64,000 nt of DNA, taken from Lama guanicoe. Its lineage: Eukaryota. Of this stretch, positions 36,721-47,640 are shown in pieces. Made by a program: the position numbers and the translations under genes. The notes under the pieces were generated by a model, which ran no database searches, was not told the origin of the DNA, and saw only the letters and a list, made by a program, of their open reading frames with translations. Where the stretch lies: assembly GCA_013239625.1 (NCBI GenBank), contig MU054187.1:995587-1059586 (forward strand), in the 5' to 3' direction. Positions within the stretch are counted from its first letter, which is position 1. Every line of letters starts with the position of its first letter.

Positions 36721-37879
36721 AGTCCGCTCCTCCCAAGTGTCCTGGCCAAGGCGATCGGGTCTTTAACGCTTTCACTTTTGCTTGTTGTGATTTGAGAGCG
36801 GCCAGAAAGAACACATCTGGGGTGCTTTCCTGCGGCAGGCTGAGTTAATCCTCCAGGCCCTGAATTTTCACAAGCATCTGGAAAGACTACGGGGTGAGGT
36901 ACCATGAATCCGTCATGGTCCTTGTCCTGAAAGGACTCAACGTTTCCAGGCTGCCATGAGCAGGTGTCTCCCCTCTGGGAGAGGATACAGGCCCAGGAGG
37001 GCTGGGGGCATCTTCGTGGGGAGGGTGGCCCCGGTGGTCCAGAAAGCTGGGAGGCAAGGCGTTTCAGGACACATCTGGTATGATAGTGGACCCTTCCGCT
37101 GGTTTGGCGTTTACTCGGGGAAAATGCCGACGTTGACGGGGAAGAGTGAAAACAAGGCTGCATCTGAAACCCGAGGGGCTCAAACACCAGTTAAGGGGTC
37201 TCAGCAAAGTCTGGAGAAAGGGGTGAGAGTGAGCACTTCTGAGCTTTGGAAATTTTAATTTGAGAGTAGTGTATAAAATGGATCAGAGACAGAACGAGGG
37301 GAAAACTAGGTGAAAGCATTTCCAGATCAAAGTAACTAATATATTGGAGGTTGTGTAGCTGCTGCTTAATTCAATTAAAGTCTTCTGTTCTGATTATGAT
37401 TTTTTTAATGAGGTGGTTGAACTAGTTTTTTTAGGAGGCTTAATCCGCTTTTTAAGTTTCCTCCTTTTGACTGACTGTGTGCTTGCAGGAGCCCACAGAG
37501 GGGCGTCAACACAGCGAAGCCTGGTGTCCTTCACCACAGGGCTCATGAGGCGCTACATGGAGAACTGTAAAGTTCAAGAAAGTTCTTACTAGCAAATTTA
37601 TTTTAAGTCACCTGAATTTTCAAGCTACATTTGTGACATGCAGCACTTGGCTTTGGGGCATGTTTTAAAAGGAGGTTTTTTTTTTCTCTGCATTATCAAA
37701 ACAATAATGACACAGTTGTGTAAATTCCAATTTATAGAAGGTGAGAAACTCATGTTTGAATTGGTAGATGGTCCCCCCAGGAAGGCAGGGCACCATCCCA
37801 TCCCATCCTCAGCCACACTGCCAACGCTGCCATCCATGCATCTCCCAATAAGTCCTGCTGTTTGTTGATGAATTAAGGA

Positions 37880-37880
<1 letters not shown>

Positions 37881-37911
<31 letters not shown>
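37881..37911. repeat. (TG)n microsatellite
   Basis: TG run with one TA interruption. Confidence 0.92.
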
Positions 37912-40049
37912 TTAATCATGGTTTGCTACTGAATCCCAACAAGAACATCTCATGCTCTTTTAATTTATTTTAACCAAATTGCTTGATGCATACAATTTGA
38001 TTTTACTTAAAGGAAACAGAACGATCTTGGGTTGGTTAGTCGGGGTTCGCTGCAGAATGCAAGTTCTAGGTAGGTTGGTATCTGACTGTTAGAGGGTTTT
38101 AGCGATTTAAAACTCCAGTAATACCTCTGACTCTCACCTTCATGCAGAAGCTCTCTGCTCGTGCTGAGCAAGAGCTGCACAAGGCCTTCGCCAGGCGACC
38201 AGCTCCCACAGAGTGTCAATGCCATCTGAGTGCAGTGGGGAGTGTTGCACACAGACATGCACTGAAGTAGACGCATTCTTTCCAGGATGCATGGGTGTGC
38301 CATTGCCCAGGTCTAAAATTCCCCCACATCTAGCCCTTTAGCAGTTCGTCTGAGCTGAGCAGGGCCTGCTTCTCGGACACATGCACTTGTTTCAGGTGAT
38401 TGTTTTTACTCTGGAGCTGCCAAAATTATCAATAATAAAATAAGTGTCTATTTCATTAGAGAAGGAGGCTCTTACTACCCAAATCCAAACTAGAGTCAGA
38501 TATTTTTGATTCCTTTTTTTTTTTAATTCCACCCGAGCTGAGTCAGAGAAAGAATTTATGCAGTTCTCACCACCGTGCTCTGGAGAAGGCTTGTTCGGCT
38601 ATCTGAGATCCTATAGCTGCCAAGACTGGACACCAACTTCTCCCCGAATGCCAGAGACCTCTTTTCTCCTGCCTTGAAGAGTTGGCAGTTACGGTGAGAT
38701 AGTGACCCCCTGTCTAAGCCAAGCCAACTTGAAGGTGCAGAGGGTGTGGGAGGACCCGTGTGGCTGTGAGTGCGTGGAAGGCTCCCTCCAAGCTGACCTC
38801 AGAGAAAGAGAGTCTGTCTGTGTTTCAGATGCAATGAAATTCGCTGCTTCAGTTTGGTGAGTCCCAGCTTTCATAAAATGATGCACCAATGTGTTTTGAA
38901 AATTAAAAGGAATTTAAGCAAGACATAAAGATGTGTAAAAAGAGGTATATGTTGGAAGAAGAGAGTACTGTTTCAATATATTTCAATATACAGGTCAAAT
39001 CAATTGAAATTAAGGCTTTAAAATTAGCGATGCAGAGGATGAGAAAGGAATACTTGGAGGAAAAATGATAACAGTGATAAATCTGAATCTATTTGGTAAC
39101 ATAAAGACCATTTCATTTCCAGAAACAATAGCTCTACAATCACTCTAGCAACTGCATTAGGGTCTGTATTTCCATTCAAATTCAATAAGAGAGGGTTTTT
39201 GTTGTTAAGCACCTATGGCCCTGGGGGAGAGGAAAGCCTGTCCACACTTACCTAGAAATCCCAGTTTTCTTATTTTAGGCTGTTAGGCTGTTTCCTCTGA
39301 ACACATTAAGATCATTCATTGTATAAGTTTTTATTTCGTTATCCTAGGAAGCCTGCTGTTTTCCAAAGTGAATGAATGTAGCTTCCAAAATTTCCAATCA
39401 CCCAGCTCTCTTTTTGTTCCTATGCTGAAGCACCGGCTATAACTCCGCTAGCAAGCCATAGAAACCATAGACGGTAATATGAGCTAGCAAAACCAGCTTA
39501 GTGCTCCAGCTGGAGGTCGGTAAGGTGACAGCCCCCGGAGCAAGGCTCATTTACGAACGCCAAGACTTGCTTCGCCCCCGTGCTGCATGGAGCTCTTTTC
39601 TGTATTTTCTAACTTCTTTGACTTCCCAACAATTCTGTGAGGTAGGTAGATAAATTAAGATAGCTTTTTTTTTTTTTGTCCTAGAAGGGGAATCTATATT
39701 CCCCAGGTTGTAGAGTTAAAAAAGTAGTAAAATCATCCTCAGGCCTTTTGATTTTGAACTTCTTGCTCTTTCATCTGTTTCTCAGGACGATGCAAAGGGA
39801 GTTTTTATTTTTCACTGTGGTGCCACCGGTAGGGAGAGCCGTGGCCTGGGGGTTGGCGAGCACAGCCCGCACAGCCCAGGTCAGACACTGGCGTGGGTCA
39901 AGACCCATGCCTCCTTTCACCACCCCCCGCCCCCGTAAAAGGGTGGAACTAGATCTGAATGATCAACTAATAACACTTGGTGATGCTGTTTAAAATTATT
40001 TAAGATGTTTCAAAAAATTATGTCTAGAATAATATATTTTATTGATGAA

Positions 40050-40210
40050 AATTCCCCAGAATGTATTCTGAAAACGTTAGTTTCGTGGATGTGAATATAT
40101 ATGATGTCATATAACAGCTTTATGGGCCTCTTGGTTTGGGATATTCAGGGTAAAACAAAATTAGACAAACTTCTATTTGTAGCAGGATGTCTCAGTTACT
40201 TAACAGATTG
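40050..40210 (+). mobile_element. MER103-like hAT-Charlie DNA transposon fragment
   Basis: ttccccagaatgtattctgaaaacgttagtttcgtggatgtgaata…gtttgggatattcagggtaaaacaaaattagacaaacttc…gcaggatgtctcag resembles MER103C. Confidence 0.55.
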
Positions 40211-42344
40211 AGTGCAGAGACTGACAAAGAGCACATGGGACAGACACGTCCAGGAATGTACTGGGGGACATCCTGGGAAGAACCCTCCCAGCCAAACAGC
40301 TGGGCATGGATCTCCGTCTGCAAGTCATCATGGTGCTCCTTCCAAAATGATTCTGAGGTGGCTAAAGGCTACAGGCTGTGCATTTAAGGATATCTTTGCT
40401 GCAACAAGATCTAAAAGGATTCTTACCAAATATAACCGCAAGCAGGAGATTTAGAACGTCTTAACTCACAGGCTCCTCAGCTGCTGAGATTGTTTTAGTT
40501 CTTTATTTATGACAGTGCTGGATGAGTGGGTTTCTGACATTTCGTACTGAATTTCATACGGAGAACCCCTGCTTTAGCTACCCTAGTATGCTTTTTGATG
40601 TTGACTTCATGATATGAAACGATTTTAAATCTCCCAAGATTAAGATTTTAATTAGTCACCATGAAATACACAGCGGCCTTTGCCTTCACATCCTCGCGGC
40701 CGAGCTGGGTTGTATGGTCGGAGCCCACTCTCTGCAAGGCCTGGCGACGCTTTCCGAGATGACTGTTTTCAGGATCAGAAACCTGTGAGGCACATGTGAG
40801 TGTATCTGGCCTCCTGAGCTAACTCTCTGGTGCCTAACAGAAATGTCCCACGCACGCGTGAATCGCAGGTGGTCCCCAGGTAGGGACATTTGCTATCAGT
40901 GTGGGGAGAGAGTTACCCTTGTAGAGCAGCACCCTTGTGTGTCTGCAACATTTTAGAGACATGGTTACACCCGAAAAGGCTCCATTTGTTGATATGTAAT
41001 TCGAAAAATTTTTGTCTTTGTTTCTGACAAATTTATGGGGTTGAGAATTTGTCATATTGCCTTCTTTCAGTATTTTTTCCCTCTTTTTCTTTGGTTTACA
41101 TTTCTGTTGGTGGTGGGGTGCACGGCATTGAGTTTCATTATTTTTTAATTAATAGCTTCTTTTACAAAGTATATTTGCTTCTGGAGTTAATTATTTTTCT
41201 TATTTTCATTTCCAAAATTGGGATAGAGAGAGAATTGGAAAGGAAGTCCACTGCCATGTCTGACAGCTATTATTAATCACAAGACTCACAGCCCAATTTA
41301 CTACACAGCAATGACTCAGCCAGACGAATCTCGCAATCAGTGCAAATTTAATTAGATTTTACATCTTTTTAAGGGGAAAACAAGGCCTTCTTTAAGGCTC
41401 AGTGTGAATATTTGTGCAGAAAACAGAAAGGAATGGGAAGAGGAGCTTCCTTTTTGTAAAGTGGGGTGTGCATAGCATTACTTACGTGCTTTTGCTACAG
41501 ACAGAAGTGGTTACAGGGCAAGCCATCACTAATTTCTATGTTTTTGCATTTTTATATTTATTTCCAACACATTACCTGATGCTTTCCAGGCCACGAGGCT
41601 GAATGAGGCAGGCTGTTTGTTGGCTCTTTTCACGGCACTCACCTCCGAGTGGGTCCAAGAGGGACCAGGAATGTGAAATAAGTGGAGACCTAGGACGGGG
41701 ATGAATGCTATGCAGGAAGTTCTACAAAATCATGAAGAACGAGAAGGGACAAACTTGTCCAGGAAGGCCTTTCTGAGGAGGGAAAAGCTAAGCCGAGGTC
41801 ACTGTGCAGGGCTCGGAGGTTCAGGGCCTGGGCGGCGCCCAAGGCAGGGGTCCCCAAGGGCGTGAAGCCCCCGGGGGGGGGGCTCAGGCACGGCTGATGC
41901 ACGGCTGCAGGTGACGCGAAGGGACCGCTCGATGTTGCGCAGAGAGATGCGGAGACGGAAGGCGCGGGACGTGACTGTGCGTGACGGCCCGGCCCGGGCG
42001 GACCCTGCACCGAGGGACTCGTGCGCGGGCCGGGTGGACGGGGTGGGCGGCGGGGGCAGATCCGGGGCTGGGCGGTCCGGGAGCAGAGCCGGTGTCCAGT
42101 CCTCCAGGCACCCGCCCTGCAAACGGCCCGACCCGGAGCCCGGTGAACGCCCCGACTCGCCCACCAGGTTTTCCACCATTTTCTCCTGAAACGAGCCACG
42201 TCGCTCACGTGGAACACACGACGAAGAAGCCGCAGGGGCTGTGCGGTTCCCTCTTCCCGAGCGCGGAGCCTGAGGCCCTGGCGGTCCGCCCCGCGCGGAG
42301 CACCGCCGGCGGCCAGTCCTCGGCGCACAGCGCGCGGGGCCGTC

Positions 42345-42708
42345 NNNNNNNNNNNNNNNNNNNNNNNNNNNNNNNNNNNNNNNNNNNNNNNNNNNNNNNN
42401 NNNNNNNNNNNNNNNNNNNNNNNNNNNNNNNNNNNNNNNNNNNNNNNNNNNNNNNNNNNNNNNNNNNNNNNNNNNNNNNNNNNNNNNNNNNNNNNNNNNN
42501 NNNNNNNNNNNNNNNNNNNNNNNNNNNNNNNNNNNNNNNNNNNNNNNNNNNNNNNNNNNNNNNNNNNNNNNNNNNNNNNNNNNNNNNNNNNNNNNNNNNN
42601 NNNNNNNNNNNNNNNNNNNNNNNNNNNNNNNNNNNNNNNNNNNNNNNNNNNNNNNNNNNNNNNNNNNNNNNNNNNNNNNNNNNNNNNNNNNNNNNNNNNN
42701 NNNNNNNN
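42345..42708. other. Assembly gap (364 N)
   Basis: Run of N abutting the GC-box tandem repeat. Confidence 1.
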
Positions 42709-42808
42709 CGCGGCGGAGGGCGGGGCCTCGCGGCGGAGGGCGGGGCCTCGCAGTGCAGGGCGGGGCCTCGCGGCGGAGGGCGGGGCCTCGCGGTGCAGGG
42801 CGGGGCCC
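42709..42808 (+). repeat. 20-bp tandem repeat, 5 visible copies, each with an Sp/KLF GC box
   Basis: Unit cgcggcggagggcggggcct with variants cgcagtgcagggcggggcct and cgcggtgcagggcggggccc. Confidence 0.95.
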
Positions 42809-42879
42809 TCGGGGAAGAGCGGACGACCCCTCGTCCCCCTCGTCCTGCGGCCGCTCCCCTACACACACCGCGTCCTGGG

Positions 42880-43447
42880 GCCGGAAGGTGCCGTGAGCCG
42901 CCTGAGACGCGGGGCGAGCGCAACGGGAGGAAACCAAGCCACGAAGATCCCTGGCCTGTTACTCCGTGCCCGGCACCCACACATTTGGCATCTGCTTCAG
43001 CCGGAGAATCACCTTAACCTGCATTTGGCTTTGCTGTCGCACCGTGACTGGGCCCCGGGCGTCTGAAGTCTCCCCCCAGACAGGGAACCCGGCGTCTCCC
43101 CTCAGACGGGGAACCCGGCGTCTCCCCTCAGACGCGGAACCCGCCGTCTCCCCTCAGACGCGGAACCCGGCGTCTCCCCTCAGACGCGGAACCCGGCGTC
43201 TCCTCTCAGCTGGGGAACCCGGCGTCTCCCCTCAGACGCGGAACCCGCCGTCTCCCCTCAGACGCGGAACCCGGCGTCTCCCCTCAGACGCGGAACCCGG
43301 CGTCNNNNNNNNNNNNNGACGGGGAACGTCTCCCCTCAGACGCGGAACCCGGCGTCTCCCCTCAGACGGGGAACCCGGCGTCTCCCCTCAGACGCGGAAC
43401 CCGGCGTGCCCCCTCAGAAGGACCCGGCGCCCCCCGGCTCCGGGCAG
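42880..43447 (+). other. Candidate non-coding first exon (start site uncertain)
   Basis: Lies downstream of the GC boxes and ETS-like motif, has no ATG in the visible sequence and ends at CAG|GTACGT. A G-run-rich intron start follows. Confidence 0.55.
43068..43428 (+). repeat. 26-bp VNTR (gtctcccctcagacgcggaacccggc), about 13-14 visible copies, interrupted by a 13-N gap at 43305-43317
   Basis: Nine full units at 43068-43301, a partial unit across the gap, three full units at 43328-43405 and a degenerate last unit. Confidence 0.97.
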
Positions 43448-44259
43448 GTACGTCCGTTCTTCTCTGGACGCGGGAGGTGGGAAGCGGCGTTGGGAGGCGG
43501 CGGGCGCCGGGGCGCCGGGACGACGCGGGATTTGGGGTCGGAGCCGGGGATGGGGGTTGGGTCGGGGTCACGGCGCGGGGACGGGTCTCCCTCGGCGTCG
43601 GGCCCCTGGCGCGTCGACGCGGCGTTAGCAGCGGGAGGGGGTCGCGGAGCAGCTTGGTGTCCGCGGGCCGAGCCACCGGGGAGCCAGCCACACGGGTGCG
43701 GATGGGACCCGGCGGCGGGAGAGGCCGGCTGCGTAGCGGGTGCGCACGTCCGCGCGTGGCGTGTGCTGTGTTCTCGCGTGTAAAGTGACACACGCGACCC
43801 CAGTGTCGCCTCGTCTGTGTTCGCCCCGAGGAAGCCGCGCCCCCCACGCCCTCAGCCCGCCTGGGTCGGAGGGCGTCTGGTGCGGGTTGAGGGGGATAAC
43901 CGGCTTGCTCACTGAGACCCACGCGGGCCGAGTGCGGGGCGGAGTCACTTGGTCCGCGGTTTGTAAGCGCGTCGCGCCGCGCGCCTCTGACGCGGGTTTT
44001 CCCAGACGCGGCCGCGGCCCAGCGTGGGGGACCCCGAGCCAGCCCCCTGCGGCCGCTGCCCTCATGGCCGGGGTCCGCCCTCGGGCACGGGGCGCCGGCC
44101 CCGCGGTGGGGAGCCCCAGCTGACGCGGGGCGGTCCCCCGGGCAGCTTCCCGTCAGCCTTTGCTGAGGGGCCGCTGTCCGCGCTTCCAGCGGCTGCAGAG
44201 GACCTGGCGTTCGGGGCCCACAGGACGTTTCCGTTCGGCTGCGGGCCCTGGGATGCTCG

Positions 44260-44337
44260 GTGCGCTGCTCCGTGCAGTTCCCTGTGCGGTTCCCTGTACT
44301 GTTCCCTGTGCGCTGCTCCGTGCGCTTCCCTGTGCGC
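44260..44337. repeat. 12-bp minisatellite, 6.5 copies
   Basis: gtgcgctgctcc|gtgcagttccct|gtgcggttccct|gtactgttccct|gtgcgctgctcc|gtgcgcttccct|gtgcgc. Confidence 0.9.
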
Positions 44338-44619
44338 CTAGGGGAGGGCCCGGTCCAGGCACACGACACTCAGGGGGGAGCGTGTCTGTTTAAGAAACCC
44401 TGTATTTTCTCTTTCTAATCCCTAAATACTTAATAAGTCGTCTTACTCTCCTTTTATTACTGAGAGATTTGGGGGCAGTAGGCGGCTGGGCGGCCGCTGT
44501 GAGACCACGTGTCCCCGTGTCCTCGGGGTCACGCACCCTGTTCCGTCCTTGCGCCCTGCCTGTGCGCTGGGACTCCGGGAACCTCTCTGTCGGGGAAGAA
44601 GGGCCTAGAGCCGAGCCCC

Positions 44620-44691
44620 GGGTCAGCAGGTCACCGGGTCACTGGCGGCCCCGGTTCAGGTGGTCACCAGGTCAGCGGCGGCCCCAGGTCA
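44620..44691 (+). promoter_or_regulatory. Array of seven RGKTCA-like nuclear-receptor half-sites, mostly in DR2 spacing
   Basis: GGGTCA-gc-AGGTCA-cc-GGGTCA (44620-44641), GGTTCA-gg-TGGTCA-cc-AGGTCA (44653-44674) and AGGTCA (44686-44691). Confidence 0.5.
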
Positions 44692-45254
44692 GCGGCCCGT
44701 GCGGCCAGTGCCGGCTCTCAGAAGGGCCGCAGGAGCAAGGGGAAGGACCGGGCGTGTCGGCGGCAGGGCCCTGCTCCACCAGGAGCCAGAACCGTAGTTT
44801 AGGTTAGTTTTCATTCGTGAGAAAATCTGACCACCGTGGGTTGAACGGGGATGACTGTTGCCCGAGGCCCTGAGGGGATGGAAGTTCGGGCTTTTGCAGA
44901 TTCCGTGCGTTCCTAGGAGACAGGCTTGTCCTGTTCTCGTCTCCGTCCGCCTTGTTCCTGACTTCACGCCACTCCTTTCCTTTGGGGGCATTTTAGTATC
45001 CGAGCTGTAGATTTAATAACAAATTGATTTGGAATAAGCACAATATGCTGTGACCAACCTTTGTTTTAATTTTTCTAACGAGTGTGTTTTTCTTGGATTG
45101 GAGGGACAGCAACTATAAATTATTTCCAATAATATTAAATTAATGACCTGAGGGAGTAAATTTTCCCTAATACCGTAAAAGTAAATGTATAACTTATCTC
45201 CCTAAATTACTGTATTTTGTTCTTCTTCTTTTTTTCCCCTTAACCATCACTAAG

Positions 45255-45418
45255 TTCCAAGGGAACTAAATTGAAGAATTGACATTTTGTAATAGAAAGA
45301 GATTACTGTGCTAAGTATTGTACAGGTTTAGGAATTTGCCTAGCCGATTTCATTAATGAAATGGCTTACTTCCCACGTAATACCATTAGAAATTTTGGCT
45401 GGGGGACTCTCATGAAAG
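45255..45418 (+). other. Candidate 5'-UTR exon (acceptor uncertain)
   Basis: Long polypyrimidine tract at 45215-45241, first AG at 45253-45254 and donor AAG|GTATGT at 45419. Confidence 0.3.
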
Positions 45419-46349
45419 GTATGTTACCTCAATAATGTTAAATTCTTAAGTGTCTGAAGCAGAAAGCAATCTGTTCTCTTGAAGTACATTTTCTAACCTC
45501 TGCCTTATCAGTTTCCAGAAGGAAAATTATCTCGAAGGCATTTTTGATTGAATTCTAATTAATCAGCTTTCCTGCTGGCTTCCAGGATTAGATAACTAGG
45601 GAAGTCCTACTGCACAATCAGGAACTGGGAGTGAAGGCTGCAGGGGCACACACTGGTGGCTGAAATATACTACACATGCTATAAAAGTGTAAGCAACAAT
45701 AATGCTTTTATTCTATTAAAATAAATATTCAAGTCATAATTCTTATTGTCTTACTAGACAATAATAGCCTCATTAAATAGTCATAGATTTTCTTCAGGTG
45801 AGTTAGGCTTTCATTTAGAAGTGAAAATAGAAAAATTTTCCTTAGGCTTACAAGTTGAGGGAGTTAATGACTTGGAATATTTCATATAAATCATATAATA
45901 CACAGTAAATAGTGTTAAAAGAAGACTCATAGTTGGTCTCTAGCAATGCAAGTTCTGACAATCAAACTGGCTATTTCAAATAATTCAGCAGAATACATGC
46001 TTTTTTTCCTATCCTGGTGGTGTCATAGTTTCTCATCAGAGGTGGTCACAACTTCACTTGATTGTTTTTTAAAACTTTGGTTTTTGTTTTTAATTTTCTA
46101 AACTACTTATACTTCCTTTTATGTATGTCCAGCTTAAAACCCACCAAAACAACCAAATTTGAGTATGGTTTATTAACTTAACTTTCTTTCACCTAAGGTG
46201 GTTTTACTTTGATTCATAGTGTGTACACTTTAATTTTGTCATTTACTTTTGTTTTTAGCATTCTGTTTCTGGCATCTGCTTTACAGAATGAAAGTTTAAT
46301 AACATCTCATATAGTAAAACCTTACTTAAGCCTAATTTTTTCTCTTCTA

Positions 46350-46835
46350 GTTTTATTGAGAGATAAGTGACAAAGCAGTGTGCGTGTCTAAGGTGTATAG
46401 CACAATGATTTGGCTTCTGTACATCATGGGATGAATTTCACAATCATGTTAGTGACCGTCCATATCTCATAGAAATACAAAATAAAATGAATAGAAAAAT
46501 TTTTTTTCTTTGTGATGAGAACTCCTAGGATTTACTCTCTTAACAACTTCCTATGTAACATACAGCAGTGTTAACTATAGTCACTATGTTGTGACTATAG
46601 TCACATTACATCCTTAGTACTTATCTTACAACTAGAAGTTTATACTTTTTGACAACCTTCATCCAATTCCCCCTTCCTATCCCCCACATATGGTAACCTC
46701 AAATCTGATCTCTTTTTCCATGAGTTCACTTTTTTGTTTTTAAAGTGTAATTTACCTATGATATTATGTTAGTTCCTGGTGCACAACATAGTGATTCGAT
46801 GTTTCTATACAATATTATGATGACCGCAATAGTCT
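46350..46835 (-). mobile_element. Laurasiatherian L1 3' end (L1MA9-like)
   Basis: ttttattgagagataagtgac…gtgatgagaactcctaggatttactctcttaacaactt…ggtaacctcaaatctgatctctttttccatgag. Confidence 0.8.
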
Positions 46836-47376
46836 AGTTTTTTTAACCTCCGATTTTATAAACAGTGTTTTGTTTGACATTCTTTTTCCAGATGATAATA
46901 ATACTGATCTATATTTGTGCTAGTACATCGGATATGATCTTTCCACTTTCTAAGTTAAATTTTATTTATAAGTGTGCAAGCTCTCAAAATTCTACTTACT
47001 AAAATTTCAAACAATTTGTTGTAATAACAACAAGGTAGGTTTTCGCAGTATCTACCAGTATATGTATAAGCATGTGCATATACAAGTAAAACTTATTTTT
47101 TCTTGATATAAACGTACTTTGTCTTAGATGTCATAAATGAGATGTGAAAAAATAAATTTTTCTTTTCTACTGTCCAACTAATGTTAAGTTTAACTCTCAA
47201 GATCATTTTTTTCACTAAGGAACATTATAAAGAGCTGTGCTTTGAATTAGGATAATCCAATGAAACAATATTATTTCAAAGTTGAAAAAACTGTTAAAGC
47301 TTATTTAATATAATCTCCTCTCTTTTGAATAAAATACTCCTTTTTTTCTCTGAACCTGGGGAACACCCCATTGTAG

Positions 47377-47640
47377 GAGTTGGAAGACGAAAGGGTTTAT
47401 GATGGTAAAGTCAGGAGTGCAAGACATTGAGTGGGTTAGCAGAGAAATCGAAGGTAGTATATTAAAGGTCATAATGGACACGTCTTGACTTCATTTAGAA
47501 TCATCCCTGATCTTAAGCAGTAGAGGACACTTTATTACCTCAAAGCCCTGTAGTTAGTAGAACAAGAGTGCTGGAAACAGATGTAGTGATCGCCCGGCAA
47601 CATCGCCTCATCACTTAAATACGAGTGTTGAAGTCCAGTG
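47377..47640 (+). other. Candidate 5'-UTR exon (264 nt)
   Basis: Pyrimidine tract at 47337-47351, then an AG-free stretch to TAG at 47374-47376; donor GTG|GTAAGA at 47641; no long ORF. Confidence 0.35.

Larger units (their letters stand above)
41800..44900. promoter_or_regulatory. CpG island 2, promoter of a plus-strand gene (possibly bidirectional)
   Basis: Extreme GC/CpG content, tandem GC boxes at 42709-42808, ETS-like CCGGAAG at 42881, E-box CACGTG at 42206-42211 and donor CAG|GTACGT at 43448. Confidence 0.9.

Noticed and set aside
43068..43428. CRISPR-like appearance of the hairpin 26-mer array
   Set aside because: Units are head-to-tail with no unique spacers, there are no cas genes, and the context is mammalian.
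41708..44807. ORFs of 220-409 aa in island 2
   Set aside because: They read through N gaps, tandem repeats or extreme GC content, and the repetitive peptides simply mirror the VNTR units.
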